Source of the DNA: Octopus vulgaris
Taxonomy: Eukaryota
Length of the DNA stretch: 64,000 nucleotides
NCBI GenBank assembly: GCA_951406725.2
Contig: OX597823.1
Coordinates: forward strand, 16,120,001 to 16,184,000
Direction: 5' to 3'
The notes beneath the pieces were generated by a model that ran no database searches, had not been told where the DNA came from, and worked only from the letters and a program-made list of their open reading frames with translations. The translations under genes and the position numbers were made by a program. Positions 1 to 13,233 of this stretch are shown piece after piece. Each line of letters starts with the position of its first letter. Within the stretch, counting starts at the first letter, position 1.

Positions 1-958
1 CGGGATGTAGTGGGCTTTAACCCCGGCAAAAAAAATAATATCTGTTGCGTTTCTGAAAGAGGTGAAGTAGGAATATTGAAACTTTTGCGGCTGTCATTGA
101 TAGACTCGTTGTAGAATAAATAGAGACGGCGAAAAAAAGAGAGCTCGAGAAAGAAAAGGTGATATATGAAAGAGAGGACGGGAAAATGAAATATTTTGCA
201 ATGTAAACATGATTTGTTTTAAGAGAAAGATTGTCATGATTGTGTGTTGGTGGTGTTGGTGGTGGCGATGATAATTATCATTAGGAAAAAGAGTGAGTGA
301 GTGAGGAAGACATACATAAGTTGTGGCGATGATAATTGTAGACCCCTTTTCACATTTTGATGAAGAGAACCCGATTTCATTCGGGTGTACTGGGGCCACA
401 TATAGGTGTGTGTGTGTGTGCACGCTGTAGAAATTAAATTAGAGATAAAACTACTAATAGGGAAATGAAACAGTAAAAAACCAAAAACAAAAACAAAAAT
501 AAAAATATAATATTAGATATATGTATGTGTGTGTGTGTTGACAGGTAGACAATAGAATGCGATGGCGATGGCGAGGGCGATGTAATATTTGTTTCTGTCT
601 ATGAACGCTGATAGATACATGAGTAAAATGTATGGGAAGCTAAGAGATAAGAGTGAGTGAAAATGTTCTTGGAAGAGAGGAAATAGCGAGAGAGTGATTT
701 GAGGAAGACTTTACATTAAATAACTGGAGTGGACTTGTCAAATGAAGAGGAGTGAGAGGGTACTGGAGGAAATAGGGTGAGTGGGGAAGATGACCCCTAG
801 CAACCACACCTTTTAAGATAGGGATTTCTAAGGTAGCCCACGAGCATCGTCACCTCATTCTACATGTCCCTGTAAATTTTGGAGCGAATCGGACGGGATG
901 TAGTGGCATTGAAAGCGATCCAAGCGGTAAAAACGCATTTCAGTTTTATATATAGAGA
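1..958 (-). mobile_element. Helitron/Helentron-like non-autonomous element, 5' part (continues past left edge)
   Basis: Minus strand begins TCTCTATATATAAAACTG at ~958, like the TC-TATATATAAA 5' ends of the Helitrons at 17247/24097/25877; internal repeat CGGGATGTAGTGG at 1 and 894. Confidence 0.45.
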
Positions 959-960
959 TA

Positions 961-961
961 T

Positions 962-1052
<91 letters not shown>
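961..1052. repeat. (TA)n microsatellite
   Basis: Direct reading. Confidence 0.95.
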
Positions 1053-1054
<2 letters not shown>

Positions 1055-1776
1055 AGTAACAATGAAGGGTGAAATTAATTAATTTGGAATAATTATCAAT
1101 TACACCAAGTAGTCTTCGGCATGTAAAAGCCTCATTCGAGGAAAATTTAAGTAATACTAATTCGTTGCTAAACCCTTAATTGCTTAGTATTACTTAAATT
1201 TTCCTCGAATGAGGCTTTTTACATGCCGAAGACTACTTGGTGTAATTGATAATTATTCCAAATTAATTAATTTCACCCTTCATTGTTACTGATAACCATA
1301 TTCATCCCAGTAAATGACCACAGCACTTTGTCTTGGCTACACGCGGGTGGGAAGCGACTGGTGACACAAACTTTCATTCACACTTTGAATTTGGTGATAC
1401 TAGTTGTGGCTTCTAGCTCGCTCTGATACTGAGTTGAGTTGGTGCCTTCTAGTATCTCAAAATTCAATATACAATCATTCATGATTGTTTGTATCCTGCG
1501 CTGATGAGAGAAGAAGTTTGGGTAAGGTAGAATTATCTAATTCTTATGCTTTCCTAAGACTTGATTTCGAAACGTACGTCCGTAGGTGACTTAAAACTGT
1601 ATGATAGATTGCCGTCAATTCATTCTCTCTTACCTGTTTGTGTTTGCCTTTCAAATGCTGTGTTTTTACTGAGATCTCCTTTTAGTAGAAGAAATAGCTA
1701 TAATCTCTTTGACTGCTATTTCTAAATTCGGTGTGCGGTAAGGCAATTCGTTGCTAAACCCTTAATTGCTTAGTAT
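1055..1776 (+). mobile_element. Hammerhead-bearing PLE/retrozyme-like non-autonomous element in (TA)n
   Basis: ~106-bp inverted arms 1055-1160/1184-1290; 32-bp direct repeat 1159-1190/1745-1776 (period 586); internal hammerhead; TA tracts on both sides. Confidence 0.75.
1495..1586 (+). ncRNA. Type I hammerhead ribozyme (intact core)
   Basis: Stem I CCTGCG/CGTAGG; CTGATGA 1501-1507; long stem II; GAAAC 1569-1573; palindromic stem III ACGTACGT; GUC site 1578-1580. Confidence 0.85.
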
Positions 1777-1796
1777 ATATATATATATATACATAT

Positions 1797-1963
1797 ATAC
1801 AACGGGCTTCTTTCAGTTTCCGTCTACCAAATCCACTCACAAGGCTTTGGTCAGCCCAAGACTATAGTAGAAGACACTTGCCCAAGCTGCCACGCAGTGG
1901 GACTGAACCCGGAACCATGTGGTTCGTAAGCAAGCTACTTACCACACAGCCACTCCCACGCCT
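1797..1963 (-). mobile_element. tRNA-derived SINE family B, 5' part
   Basis: Head GAGTGGCTGTGTGGTAAG...GGTTCAGTCCC shared with 8997, 29391, 39390. Confidence 0.85.
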
Positions 1964-2451
1964 TTGTGGTATCTCCTACATATCCGAAAGGCGAAGCGAA
2001 AGGCCAAGCTCGGCAAGATTTTATCTCGCCAGGCTTGGACCTTTTGTGTGGAGGCGGGCCGCACTCAACGAACTCTACGCCTAATGTTTCCCGGATACTT
2101 TATTTTTATGAATCTTAGAAAGATAAAACTCAGAATGTATTAAAGCGGGATTTGAACTCGGAACGTAAAATAATGCAGTCTTCTGTTGTGTGATAATGCG
2201 TGGCACACTGTACGGACTGTGTTAATTAACTGCCATTCGTTAAGAAGTTTAAAAATAAAAAATAAAAAGAGAAGAAATGATGAGATTAATCATAAGAATG
2301 GTTATTTTTCTAACTTAAATATCTAATACGTTTAAGATATCTCTTGTAAATATTTTCTCTGATATGTTATCTACCTACCGCATTTCTATTTATACATCTG
2401 CGGGACATTCACGCACGCACGCGCGCGCACAAACACACACAGATATAGTAC

Positions 2452-2807
2452 ATATGCATATGTGTGTATGTGCATATATATATATATATAAAATGTATGT
2501 GTGTGAGTATGTATATGTGTGTGTATATGTATGTGTGTATATATGTGTATATATATGTGTGTGTGTATGTGAGTGTATATATGTGTGTGTGTATTTATGT
2601 GCATATATGTGTGCGTATGTGTGTAAGTGTGTATATATGTACATATATATGTGTGTGTGCATGTGTGTACATATATGTGTGAGTATATATGTGTGTGTGT
2701 ATGTGTGTATATATATATATGTGTGTATATATATGTGTGCGTGCATGTGTATATATATGTGTGTATATATGTGCATATATGTGTGTGTGTGTATGTGTAT
2801 ATATATA

Positions 2808-2840
<33 letters not shown>

Positions 2841-2987
2841 AAATATATGTGTGTGTATATATGTGCATATATATGTGTGTGTATATATGTGCATATATAT
2901 GTGTGTATATATATGTGTGTGTGTGTGTGTATGTGTGTGTATGTGTGTGAATATACGTGTGTGTATATATGTGCATATATATGTGTG

Positions 2988-3022
<35 letters not shown>
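2452..3022. repeat. Compound (TG)/(TA) microsatellite
   Basis: Direct reading; source of the CVY/HTY pseudo-ORFs. Confidence 0.95.
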
Positions 3023-3389
3023 TTACTCACTCTAATCTGTAATGCATATTTTTTCTTAGATTATTCCATCTTTTCTTGTATCTTTATTTCTGCTCTGGTT
3101 AACAGAGAGTCTAAGTCGCAAACGATTAAGTTTATTTTCCTTTTTTCTTGAGAAGACTTGTGATAATATCGAGATTCTAGCAGCACCGCACCATCTGTGA
3201 TGGTAAACGGCGGTTGGAAATTAAGTTTGATAACCTTTGTGCCATAGCCTGAATGCTAGGCAACATTCCATCTTAAAGAAATCACTGTATCCTAAGGTTG
3301 TTCAGATATCTTTCCGGTCTCTCAGCATCTTGCTCTCTCTCTCTCTCTCTCTCTTTCCCCTATTCCTCTCTCTCTCTCTCTTTCCCCTC

Positions 3390-3420
<31 letters not shown>

Positions 3421-3480
3421 TCAGATCGTGCCTATATGCCTTTTAGTATGTTATTTTAGGCTTTATCTGTGTGCATGTGA

Positions 3481-3703
<223 letters not shown>

Positions 3704-3711
<8 letters not shown>

Positions 3712-4388
3712 TAAGGGCTCCTAAATTAAGATGCCGAGTTTTTGATTTTCACTCTCGATAAGTTCATCCCCTTTTTGTGTTCCCAGCACTCGGCATCTTA
3801 ATTTAGGAGCCCTTAATTGTATAACTACATGAATAATATTTTTCTATATGAATAATATTTTTGTCTTATGACTAATTCGTCTTTTGTGCTGGGCACCTGG
3901 TAGTAAATAATATTACTACCCTTCTTGTTTATATTCGCATATTACATGATGGATTTATTCGTAAAATTCTTCCCGGCATGCCCTATACTGCCGTGTAAGT
4001 TTTGCGTCTGCGCAGAGATTTGAAAAGTTAAGATCTGCTAGTAGTCGGGTTCAACACATGGTCCCACATCGCTGCAGACCTCGATTAAATTTAGGCGACT
4101 CGCTGATGAAGCTAGCCTTAGCAAACATATTCTGTGTTTTGCTAGAAAGAAGCAGGAACCGCGGTTCGAGTTGTAAAAGTTATCGGTAAACGTTTTTGAT
4201 TTTCACTCTCGATAAGTTCATCCCCTTTTTGTGTTCCCAGCACTCGGCATCTTAATTTAGGAGCCCTTAATTGTATAACTACATGAATAATATTTTTCTA
4301 TATGAATAATATTTTTGTCTTATGACTAATTCGTCTTTTGTGCTGGGCACCTGTTAGTAAATAATATTACTACCCTTCTTGTTTATAT
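3704..4388 (+). mobile_element. Hammerhead-bearing PLE/retrozyme-like element in (TA)n
   Basis: 36-bp inverted arms 3704-3739/3788-3823; 197-bp direct repeat 3738-3934/4192-4388 (one mismatch seen, period 454); TA flanks. Confidence 0.75.
4095..4174 (+). ncRNA. Type I hammerhead ribozyme, core variant
   Basis: Stem I GCGACTCG/CGAGTTGT; CTGATGA 4103-4109; stem II TAGCAAA/TTTGCTA; GGAAC in place of GAAAC; palindrome ACCGCGGT; GUU site. Confidence 0.7.
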
Positions 4389-4542
4389 ATATATATATAT
4401 ATATTTTGTACACACAATTCCACATACATATGTATGTGTGTTTGTGTATAGATTGTCTCAAAATACTCTATACAGATATTGAATGATTATAAAGTCAGTG
4501 ATTATTATAATACATTTTTATGTTCACAATTTAATTGAATCT

Positions 4543-4985
4543 ACAGGGAGAATTTAATTTTTTAATGAACTCCTATTTTCAAGCTTATGACCGTTCTGAT
4601 CCAGGCACTGCTGATAACGTGAAGCAATAGAATCACAAACGTCAAGAAGCACTTCCTTCAATATTTGTGCGCATTCTAGTTCATTGGCTGTCCTCATTTC
4701 AACTCTTGCCGGTTTTGTAACGTAAACTTTATCTTTAAGTATCCCATAAAAAAAAAAAACGTCTAGTGATGTACAGTGCAATGAATGTGGAGTATATTCT
4801 ACTGAACGTTCTTGTCTAATTCACCTGTTTGGCTACATCTCGTCAAAGCAGGCCTTTACATTACTGTGATGGTGTTGGGGTGCTCCATCTTGCTGGTATT
4901 AAACTCCAAATCTTTAAAATCCTCTTGAATGCAAGGAATGACAGATTGGCACAGCAAGTTTAGGTAAATGGGGTCGGTCACAGTA
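4543..4985 (-). mobile_element. Tc1/mariner-superfamily transposase remnant
   Basis: Minus strand encodes YQQDGAPQH (~4870-4900) and LDVFFFYGILKDKVY, typical of DDD/E transposases; interrupted by SINEs. Confidence 0.65.
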
Positions 4986-4989
4986 CCTA

Positions 4990-5219
4990 TTTCTTTACTA
5001 CCCACAAGAAGCTAAACACAGAGAGGACAAACAAGGACAGATACACGGATTAAGTCGATTATATCTACCCCAGTGCGTAACTGGTACTTATTTAATCTAC
5101 CCCGAAAGGATGAAAGGCAAAGTCGACCTCGGCGGAATTTGAACTCAGAATGTAACGGCAGACGAAATACGGCTACGCATTTCGCCCGGCGTGCTAACGA
5201 TTCTGCCAGCTCGCCGCCT
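4990..5219 (-). mobile_element. tRNA-derived SINE family A (Meta-like body)
   Basis: Head GGCGGCGAGCTGGCAGAA, B box GTTCAAATT, body GCCTTTCATCCTTTCGGGGT; more than ten copies in window. Confidence 0.9.
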
Positions 5220-5385
5220 ATGCCAGCTCGCCGCCTATAACCAGCTCGATCCACTTAATCTTTTTGAGGATAAGCCACACCATACTGTAAGTCGTAGTAA
5301 ATTAACATGATGTCCCACGTAGTATGCAAATTTTCGGTCCCTAGTAGAGGCAATAGAGGCCGTTATTTGAGTCATTTAATTTAAG

Positions 5386-5781
5386 TGTGGATGGATGGAA
5401 GCACTCCGTCGGTTACGACGACGAGGGTTCCGGTTGATCCGAATCAACGGAACAGCCTGCTCGTGAAATTAACGTGTAAGTGGCTGAGCACTCCACAGAC
5501 ACGTGTACCCTTAACGTAGTTCTCGGGGATATTCAGCGTGACACAGAGAGTGACAAGGCCGGCCCTTTAAAATACAGGTACAACTGAAACAGGAAGTAAG
5601 AGTGAGAGAAAGTTGTGGTGAAAGAGTACAGCAGGGATCACCACCATCCCCTGCCGGAGCCTCGTGGAGCTTTAGGTGTTTTCGCTCAATAAACACTCAC
5701 AACGCCCGGTCTGGGAATCGAAACCGCGATCCTATGACCGCGAGTCCGCTGCCCTAACCACCGGGCCATTGCGCCTCCACA
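5386..5781 (-). mobile_element. tRNA-derived SINE family C (tail type 1)
   Basis: Head GGAGGCGCAATGGCCC...GGTTTCGATTCCC; TSD-like ATTTAA(G/A)TGTGGA. Confidence 0.9.
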
Positions 5782-7359
5782 TTTAAATGTGGACTCCTCA
5801 CGTCAAACAATATTAGTTGAAAAGTGTGCATCTTCCTCGCATCTTGCAAGTACCGCTCGCAAAACTCCACTCTACGGTCTGAATCATCTTCATTGAGAAC
5901 ATAAACTATTTATTGGAATGTAATTTTTCTAACGACAGTGTTTGAAAATGAGATGAATGCTTGATTTTGAAATTTCGCTCTCACGACTCGCTTGCCACAA
6001 AGATTATTTATTAATTAATTCATTCATTTATTGAATTCTGGCGATATGTTTCTACTACCCTTTCTACCAGAATTCCGATTTCTACAGTCCTCCTGAACGT
6101 AGATATTCTGAACAGTTCTATCTACTTCAAACTTATCTCTAATTCTAGTGAGGCTAAGTGCAAGGCAGATCTGTTTGAAACTCCCTTCTAACCTATTTTT
6201 ACACTTCGGCTGTGTTTGCAACCTCCAGTAGCACTTTACAGTAGGGTTTCTTTGTCAGAGAGAGAGAGGGGGGGAGTGAAAATTTAAGCTGTATGGTAAG
6301 TCATACTCGTGTATGACTTTAGTACACGCACAATTTTAATTTCACAGTGCAACACAAACAAAGTGAATATATCACAAGTTTGTCTCTCATTGGTAGGGAA
6401 AGAGATCAATTGATCATAGCTTCAAGTTTTGCTGAACTTTGCTTAGAGACCACCGGCTCAGTTTCTGCCCCAAAAATAGCTCATGGTTATAGCTAGTTTA
6501 TACAAACTTTGATAGAAGTAAATTGGTCAGTCCGATTTGCATAACAGTGTAAGCGCTGGCCACGTGAATTAATTTATAGTGAACTACACAGTTTTGTTGT
6601 TGTTTTTAGGAAAAGAATATTACATTGCCCAAGTATGCTGTTTACAAAGACAATATTTTCGGGAACAGGATACACCATACGTAGATCTGGCCTGGATGCA
6701 CAAATCCGGTTTGAATGGGTGGGGGGGGGGGCGAATACGGCACCAGCATCCGTGATACAGTAACAGGTCATTATTACTGGGCCTGATAAAAGGAATAATA
6801 GCTAATTCTACACTATAGATAACAAATGACGAATGTGGAAAGCATTTCCTGGAATGATATACTTCACTGTATCAGGATATTTTACAAATGGTCTGACAAA
6901 ATATATTTGGAGACACAGTGACGTAAGAATGTAAAAGCCGCCACCTGTCTTTTAAAAAAGACTATAGAAAGTTACTATAGAAATTTAGTATACAGACAGA
7001 CTACTAGATAGTACATAATAAGCTTGACATCGTTCTCTGTGACAGAAATGGCAATAGTGAATTAATTATTAATATGTCAACATCAAATAAAAACAATGAT
7101 GTGCTCAAGTGAGCTGAAATGTTGAGAAATTGCACCACCTGGCAGTTGAATTTAAAATATTATAGTAGTTCAGGAATGTGCCGATCAACCCAATTGTAAC
7201 TGGCTCAACTGGATGGATCAATACAGTCATTTCTGTAAAAACACTAATGAATTACCTATAAGGATAAACATAGGAGCAAATACTGTTAAATGTTGATCTC
7301 TTTTCTTCACTTTGAACGATTTTGTTAACCTTCAAATATATATATATATATATATATAC

Positions 7360-7419
<60 letters not shown>

Positions 7420-7459
7420 CATATTAAACGTATTGCTTATTTGTATGTTTTATTTTTCT

Positions 7460-7830
7460 TATCTTTTACATGTTGCTGTCACTTAACTGCGACCATGCTG
7501 GAGTACAACCCTGAAGAGTTTTAAATGAACAGATCGACCCCCAGTACTTATGTTTTAAAGTCTGATACGTTTTCAATCAGTCCATTTTCTCGAACTGTTC
7601 AGTCGCGGAGCCGTAAAGAGAGCAACACCAGTTGTCAAACGGTAGCGGGAGAACCACTGGCACAAACACACACACACACACACACAAACACATGTATGAT
7701 GGCTTTCACACAGTTTCCGTTTAATAAATTCGCTCCCAACCAAGGCATTGGTCAGACAGAGTGCGACACAGTGAGACTATCTGAAGTCACGCAACTACAA
7801 GGCGAGCTCCTTAACCATACAGTCATGACT
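7460..7830 (-). mobile_element. Degraded SINE family B
   Basis: Diverged similarity to 8997-9403. Confidence 0.65.
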
Positions 7831-8224
7831 TAACCTATTGAACAATTATTTTTCCTAATTGGCATAACTAGTAATTTTAAGAATATTGTTGCGTTACAAT
7901 ACAAGTGAAATTCCGTTATAACAAAACTGATTGGATCTAAAATAGAATTATTGTTGTAATGGAAATTTCTTTATAATGAGATTACTAAAAACTAATTATA
8001 AAGTCATAACTCCGAATATTTTTATGCACGTTTTGCAAACGATTTCTTTTTCTTTCTTTTTTTGTTAATCTTAAACAATCTTTTCGTTAATTATGAATAT
8101 TCTTGTTAATCTGGAACATGTCTATGAAGGTCTCCAAAATGTACCTGACTCTTGTTTCAAGGAAGGAAACTCTTGATGTATTTCGCAATGATAAATAAAC
8201 AACAACAACAACAACAACAATAAT

Positions 8225-8920
8225 AATGCTTTCTTTATTAACACTATTACTGTGTACATAAAAATTGCATCAAAATATCTGGAAAAGAGAAAAAGTAAAA
8301 GCAAAGCAAAAGATTTAAACAAAGAAAAGAGAGAATTCCGAGGGCTAAGTCGTGAAAACCCCACAAAAACCACGGTTACCCTGACTACAGCAAGTGCCCT
8401 GTCCTAGCTCTACTACACCAATCTAGATCTGTTTGAGATGGAGCATATCTGCTCATCATTGACCAAGCCATTGACAACAAGTATCAGGCTTTTGGTTAAC
8501 ACGTTGACCTAAAGCTTGAATTCTGTATTCAGCAGAGTTGCAGGCATAAAATTGTGAAAATCGTGCCCTCTGCTTGGTATTTTCTCAACAGTACCATTAC
8601 ACCTCGGCTTACTTGTGGTTGTTGCTTTTTGGACTTTCTGTGCATAAAACTTTCAGATGAGTTTACTTCTACATACATAACAGCTGAGTCGTTTACTTTG
8701 ATGCTGAGCTTTAATGTTTTCCTCTCAGAGCCCTCGACAGATCACAGTTCCTATACTGTTACATTGTCATATGGGATCATGACTCGTATGTCTATATTGA
8801 TCTCACCCGATAGCATATCGCCAAATGTTACATCTGTCTTGACTACCTGCCACAAAGGTGTCTACAAACAAGGGGTCGACATCCTCACTGATGTTCCTGA
8901 CAGTCACCGATGTCCCTGGT
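8225..8920 (-). mobile_element. Degraded non-LTR 3' end, related to the GATA-associated Tx1-like family
   Basis: CTTTCTTTATT terminus next to (AAC/AAT)n and ACCACGGTTACC motif shared with 28381. Confidence 0.4.
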
Positions 8921-8996
8921 AATCACCTTGTATTACTCGTTTCAAAATACTACGAAGCTTACACTTTCACTTCAACTTCTGTTTTAAAAATGACAT

Positions 8997-9403
8997 AGTG
9001 GCTGTGTGGTAAGTAGCTTGCTAACCAACCACATGGTTACGGGTTCAGTCCCACTGCGTGGCATCTTGGGCAAGTGTCGTCTGCTATAGCCCTGGGCCGA
9101 CCAATGCCTTGTGAATGGATTTGGTAGACGGAAACTGAAAGAAGCCTGTCGTATATATGTATATATATGTGTATGTGTGTGTGTTTGTGTGTGTGTGTGT
9201 TTGTCCCCCTAGCATTGCTTGACAACCGATGCTGGTGTGTTTACGTCCCCGTCACTTAGCGGTTCGGCAAAAGAGACCGATAGAATAAGTACTGGGCTTA
9301 CAAAGAATAAGTCCCGGGGTCGATTTGCTCGACTAAAGGCGGTGCTCCAGCATGGCTGCAGTCAAATGACTGAAACAAGTAAAAGAGTAAAAGAGTAAAG
9401 AGA
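8997..9403 (+). mobile_element. SINE family B, near full length
   Basis: tRNA-like head, internal TA/TG microsatellite, (GTAAAAGA)n tail. Confidence 0.9.
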
Positions 9404-10123
9404 GTATATAGCGGCAAATCCACTCTTTCTCCAGTGTAGGATACGTGTTCCATTCAAAATATCTTCCAGAGCTAGCACTAACGCATGATTGTACGAGACC
9501 CGTTGTACTTTTGGCAATTCAGAAACGCGTTTTCTCCTCTCAATGGCCTCTGTAATTAATTGTAGGAGGATGGCTCCAGATCTTTCAGCAAAATGTTTCA
9601 CATTAGCAATTTTCCTGTTCAAAAGAACAGTAGCAAAAGACAATTTGCTGTTCGTGTTTACACTTGAAGCCATACGTGCATATATACTATTGATCTTGAT
9701 AGGGTTTTATGCAAAGTAGTTAAAGTATCTGCGTTTTCTTACATTTTGTGTTTATTATTAACGCTTTCCGTACCAATAAAAATAAAATTATTTTTGTTTT
9801 GTTTTTTGTGGCGTGTGAAATGTATTATTTAGAGCATTTTCAGCTTTTTTCCTGGAGAGCGCTGTGTGAAATGTTTGTGGCCATTTTTTTCTGACATAGA
9901 CGGCAAATAAATAAAATTTTATTCAAAAGTAAGCACAAACTATATTATTTCTTTTGTCAATAACTGTAAGAGCAAACTCCAAACTGTAAGAATTTATCTG
10001 TATGAGAATATTTTTGCTAAGATCTCTTTTCCTGCCTGTAAAATCGCTTTAGCAGATTTGTAAACAAAACATTTATGTGCCCGCAATGAATTATAATAAT
10101 AATAATAATATTAATAATAATAA

Positions 10124-11307
10124 ATGACAGGATCTAGGATGCACCACCCAAAATCTGACATAGAAAGGCTATATATACAACGTATAGAAGGCGGTAAAAG
10201 CCTTATACAGCAGGAAAACTATTATAAAATAACCGCCATAGGACTGTAAAAATACCTACTTCAGAAGCAAGGAAAACTGATACAAATAGCGGCAAAACAT
10301 GAGCAATATAAAAAAACTGTTCTCGGTACTTAAGGAAGCTGACAAATACAAACAAGAAATCATACCACCTAATAAATATGAAAAAGAAGAAGAAGATGAA
10401 GAAACAACAAAAACTATAAAACAAATGAAATCCAAACTAAAAATAGAACAGCAACGAACCATGATAAAACGATGGCAAGGAAAGCCCCTTCATGGTAAAT
10501 ACTGGACTAAAATAAAGGCAAAAGAAATAGACAAAGAAAAATCCCAGCAATGGTTGAGAAGCTCAGGACTCAAAGCAGAGACAGAGGGATTTTTAATTGC
10601 AGCACAAGACCAAACCCTTCCCACCAGAAATTACCAAAAACATATAATGAAAATAAACATAACAAGTAACTGCAGAATATGTGTAGATGGACAAGAAACA
10701 ATAAATCATATTATCTCTGGCTGCCAAGTCCTGGCTAAGAAGGAATATATTCACAGACACGACAGAGTTGGGACCTAAATATACTGGAAGCTATGCCAGC
10801 ACTATGAAATAACAACAGAAAAAAGATGGTATAGGCACACACCAGAAAAGGTCACAGAAAACAAGAAATCAACCATACTTTGGGATACGCCAAAGCACAC
10901 AGATAGAGAAATTAAGGCGAATAGGCCAGATATAGTTGTCAGAGATCATGAAGAAAAAAAATCAGATGACAACATGTCTCTAAAAGAAATGGAAAAACTT
11001 TCAAAATACAAAGACCTGGAAATAGAGGTAACTCGAATGTGGAATCTAAAAACAGAAACAATTCCTATCATAGTAGGCGCATTAGGTATGATAAAAAAAT
11101 ATTCAGACAAATACATAACAAAAACACCAGGACTTACAAATATATGTAACATACAGAAAATTGCACTACTGGGCACTGTACACATCCTACGCAAAATACT
11201 TTCAATACGGCAACCGTAAGAGCTTCACAACAAACCACATCACATACCCAAGGTACACAGAGCTGCGCCCGGTAGTGAAGTGAAAGCATGCTATAAAAAT
11301 AAAACTA

Positions 11308-11310
<3 letters not shown>
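10124..11310 (+). mobile_element. 5'-truncated Dong/R4-type (RLE) non-LTR retrotransposon in (AAT)n
   Basis: CCHC knuckle CRICVDGQETINHIISGC, RHD motif, NRPDIVV and KEMEKLSKYKDL RLE motifs, PIIVGALG; in-frame stop at 10776; AAT tracts at both ends. Confidence 0.9.
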
Positions 11311-11368
<58 letters not shown>

Positions 11369-11370
11369 GT

Positions 11371-11820
11371 AATGGGCTACAGCAAAATATTCTGTTCAAT
11401 ACCACAGATTTGCTTGTCAGTTGTTTGGCCTTAACCAGATGAGCATGTCCCTTAGTGGCTGACGATATGTGCATCTCTGATCACGAGTAGAAGTAGTGAG
11501 GGAGCATCCTAGCCATGTGTTGAGAGGGTTTCTTTGGGGTTTGAATATTTCACCTCTGGAAACATGGGTGTTTCGTTCAACCTCCTTAAACAACCCTTAT
11601 TCAGGGACCTTTTGAGCGAGATGGGCTATTCAGCCAGAAGAAAATTCTAACTGGGGCCCCACCTGCAAGGACATGTGCTGTTTATCTTGATTTGAGATCA
11701 CCATGTTGTGCACATATGGTTGTGATGTATGTGCGTGGTGTACCTTTATCAGATGGGGGTATACTGGGCTTCGTATATTTTACCCGTGTCACTTTGATGG
11801 CATGTACTGCTCTCTCACTC
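11371..11820 (+). mobile_element. Second non-coding insert between (AAT)n tracts, probable 3' UTR of another AAT-targeting element
   Basis: 450 bp of complex sequence bounded on both sides by pure AAT repeats. Confidence 0.5.
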
Positions 11821-11882
<62 letters not shown>

Positions 11883-11884
<2 letters not shown>

Positions 11885-12960
11885 TTACGACCTGCCGTCG
11901 CTCATCTCGAACTCGGGACCCTAAGTCGAGCGACGACGACTACGCTCAGTCAAATCAGAAATCCACCACAGAAAGCGGGGGTGCGCAGCGAACGCAAACC
12001 AGTGACTGGAGACAACAACAACAGGAAGAGAGAGACACAACGGAAGGCAGTTGCTTACATTTAACAACAATTTATACAATTTTTACAACATCAATTAAAC
12101 GTAATACATTTCAGATACATTTAAAAACATTTAACAAATCGTACACAGAGTTCGAAAACAATCAATGGCATGCACAATACAGAATTTGGAAAACAATCCA
12201 AATTAAAGTCTTTCGCTTTCTTTTCCTTCTTTTTTCTGACACAATGTTCTTTTCCTTTTAGGAACACATCTCACCGTTCTTTTCTCTTTTCTTTCTTTTC
12301 CACAGTTCTTTTTACAGAGTCTCTTTTCTTTTAACACACATCAAAATTCAACAACACAAACCAATCAAAAACATAAACAAACATTACCGCACGTTTTCTC
12401 GTTCACAAATTCCTACTATAAGCAATCTAGCCTTCTCACTGTCATCTCCCTTACTTCCTCTCGCTTGTCAAGTCCTCAATCTTCTCTGTTTGTCTTTCTC
12501 GCCTCGCTGTTGCCTCTCGCTATCACCACCTTCATGGCTGACCGTCGGTTGCGACAGCGAGTTGATACGGACGGTCAGCCAAGAAGGTCGTGATGGCGAG
12601 AGGCAACAGCGAGGCGAGAAAGACAGAGAAGATTGAGGACTTGACAAGCGAGAGGAAGTGAGGGAGATGACAGCGAGAAGGCTAGATTAACTTCTTCTCC
12701 GGCCCTCTGGCTGTCCCATCGACTGACCGTCTCTTGCCAACTGACCAACTAACCCCAGCTCGCCGCATTTTAAAGGGGTGGTAGATTTATTTATTTCTCA
12801 ACTTTGATTGACTGTGTAAGGGTCAGAGGTACTTTCTACCCTCATTAATTTCCCTTACCGGTGACAGGACAAAGCCCCATTACTTCTTTTTCCCGTCGGT
12901 CCGGCTCCAACCAACAGAATTGGGTCATAGCATTTTCTCGTCTTTTTGACCTCCGCAACA
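11883..12960. mobile_element. Solo LTR-like element (TG...CA)
   Basis: Termini TGTTACG...CGCAACA, ATAA on both flanks, no ORF; homologous inverted copy at 19873-20926. Confidence 0.75.
12424..12688. repeat. ~120-bp-arm inverted repeat inside the LTR-like element
   Basis: Arms 12424-12546 and 12570-12688, few mismatches. Confidence 0.9.
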
Positions 12961-13121
12961 ATAATATTAATTACTCTTTTACCCTTTTATTTGTTTCAAT
13001 CATTTGACTGTGGCCATGCTGGAGTACCGCCTTTAGTCGAACAAATCGATCCCAGGACTTATTCTTTGTAAGCCTAGTACTTATTCTATCGGTGTCCTAA
13101 CCACACAATAATAATAATGAC

Positions 13122-13233
13122 AAGAAGAAGAAGAAGAAGAAGAAGAAGAAGAAGAAGAAGAAGAAGAAGAAGAAGAAGAAGAAGAAGAAGAAGAAGAAGA
13201 AGAAGAAGAAGAAGAAGAAGAAGAAGAAGAAGA
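13122..13233. repeat. (GAA)n microsatellite
   Basis: Direct reading. Confidence 0.95.

Noticed and set aside
9362-9719. Overlapping 103-aa and 76-aa ORFs
   Set aside because: No recognisable domain, one runs into a SINE tail, and no exon chain supports them
11455-11570. CTGACGA...GAAAC as a hammerhead
   Set aside because: No NUH after stem III and no stem I pairing
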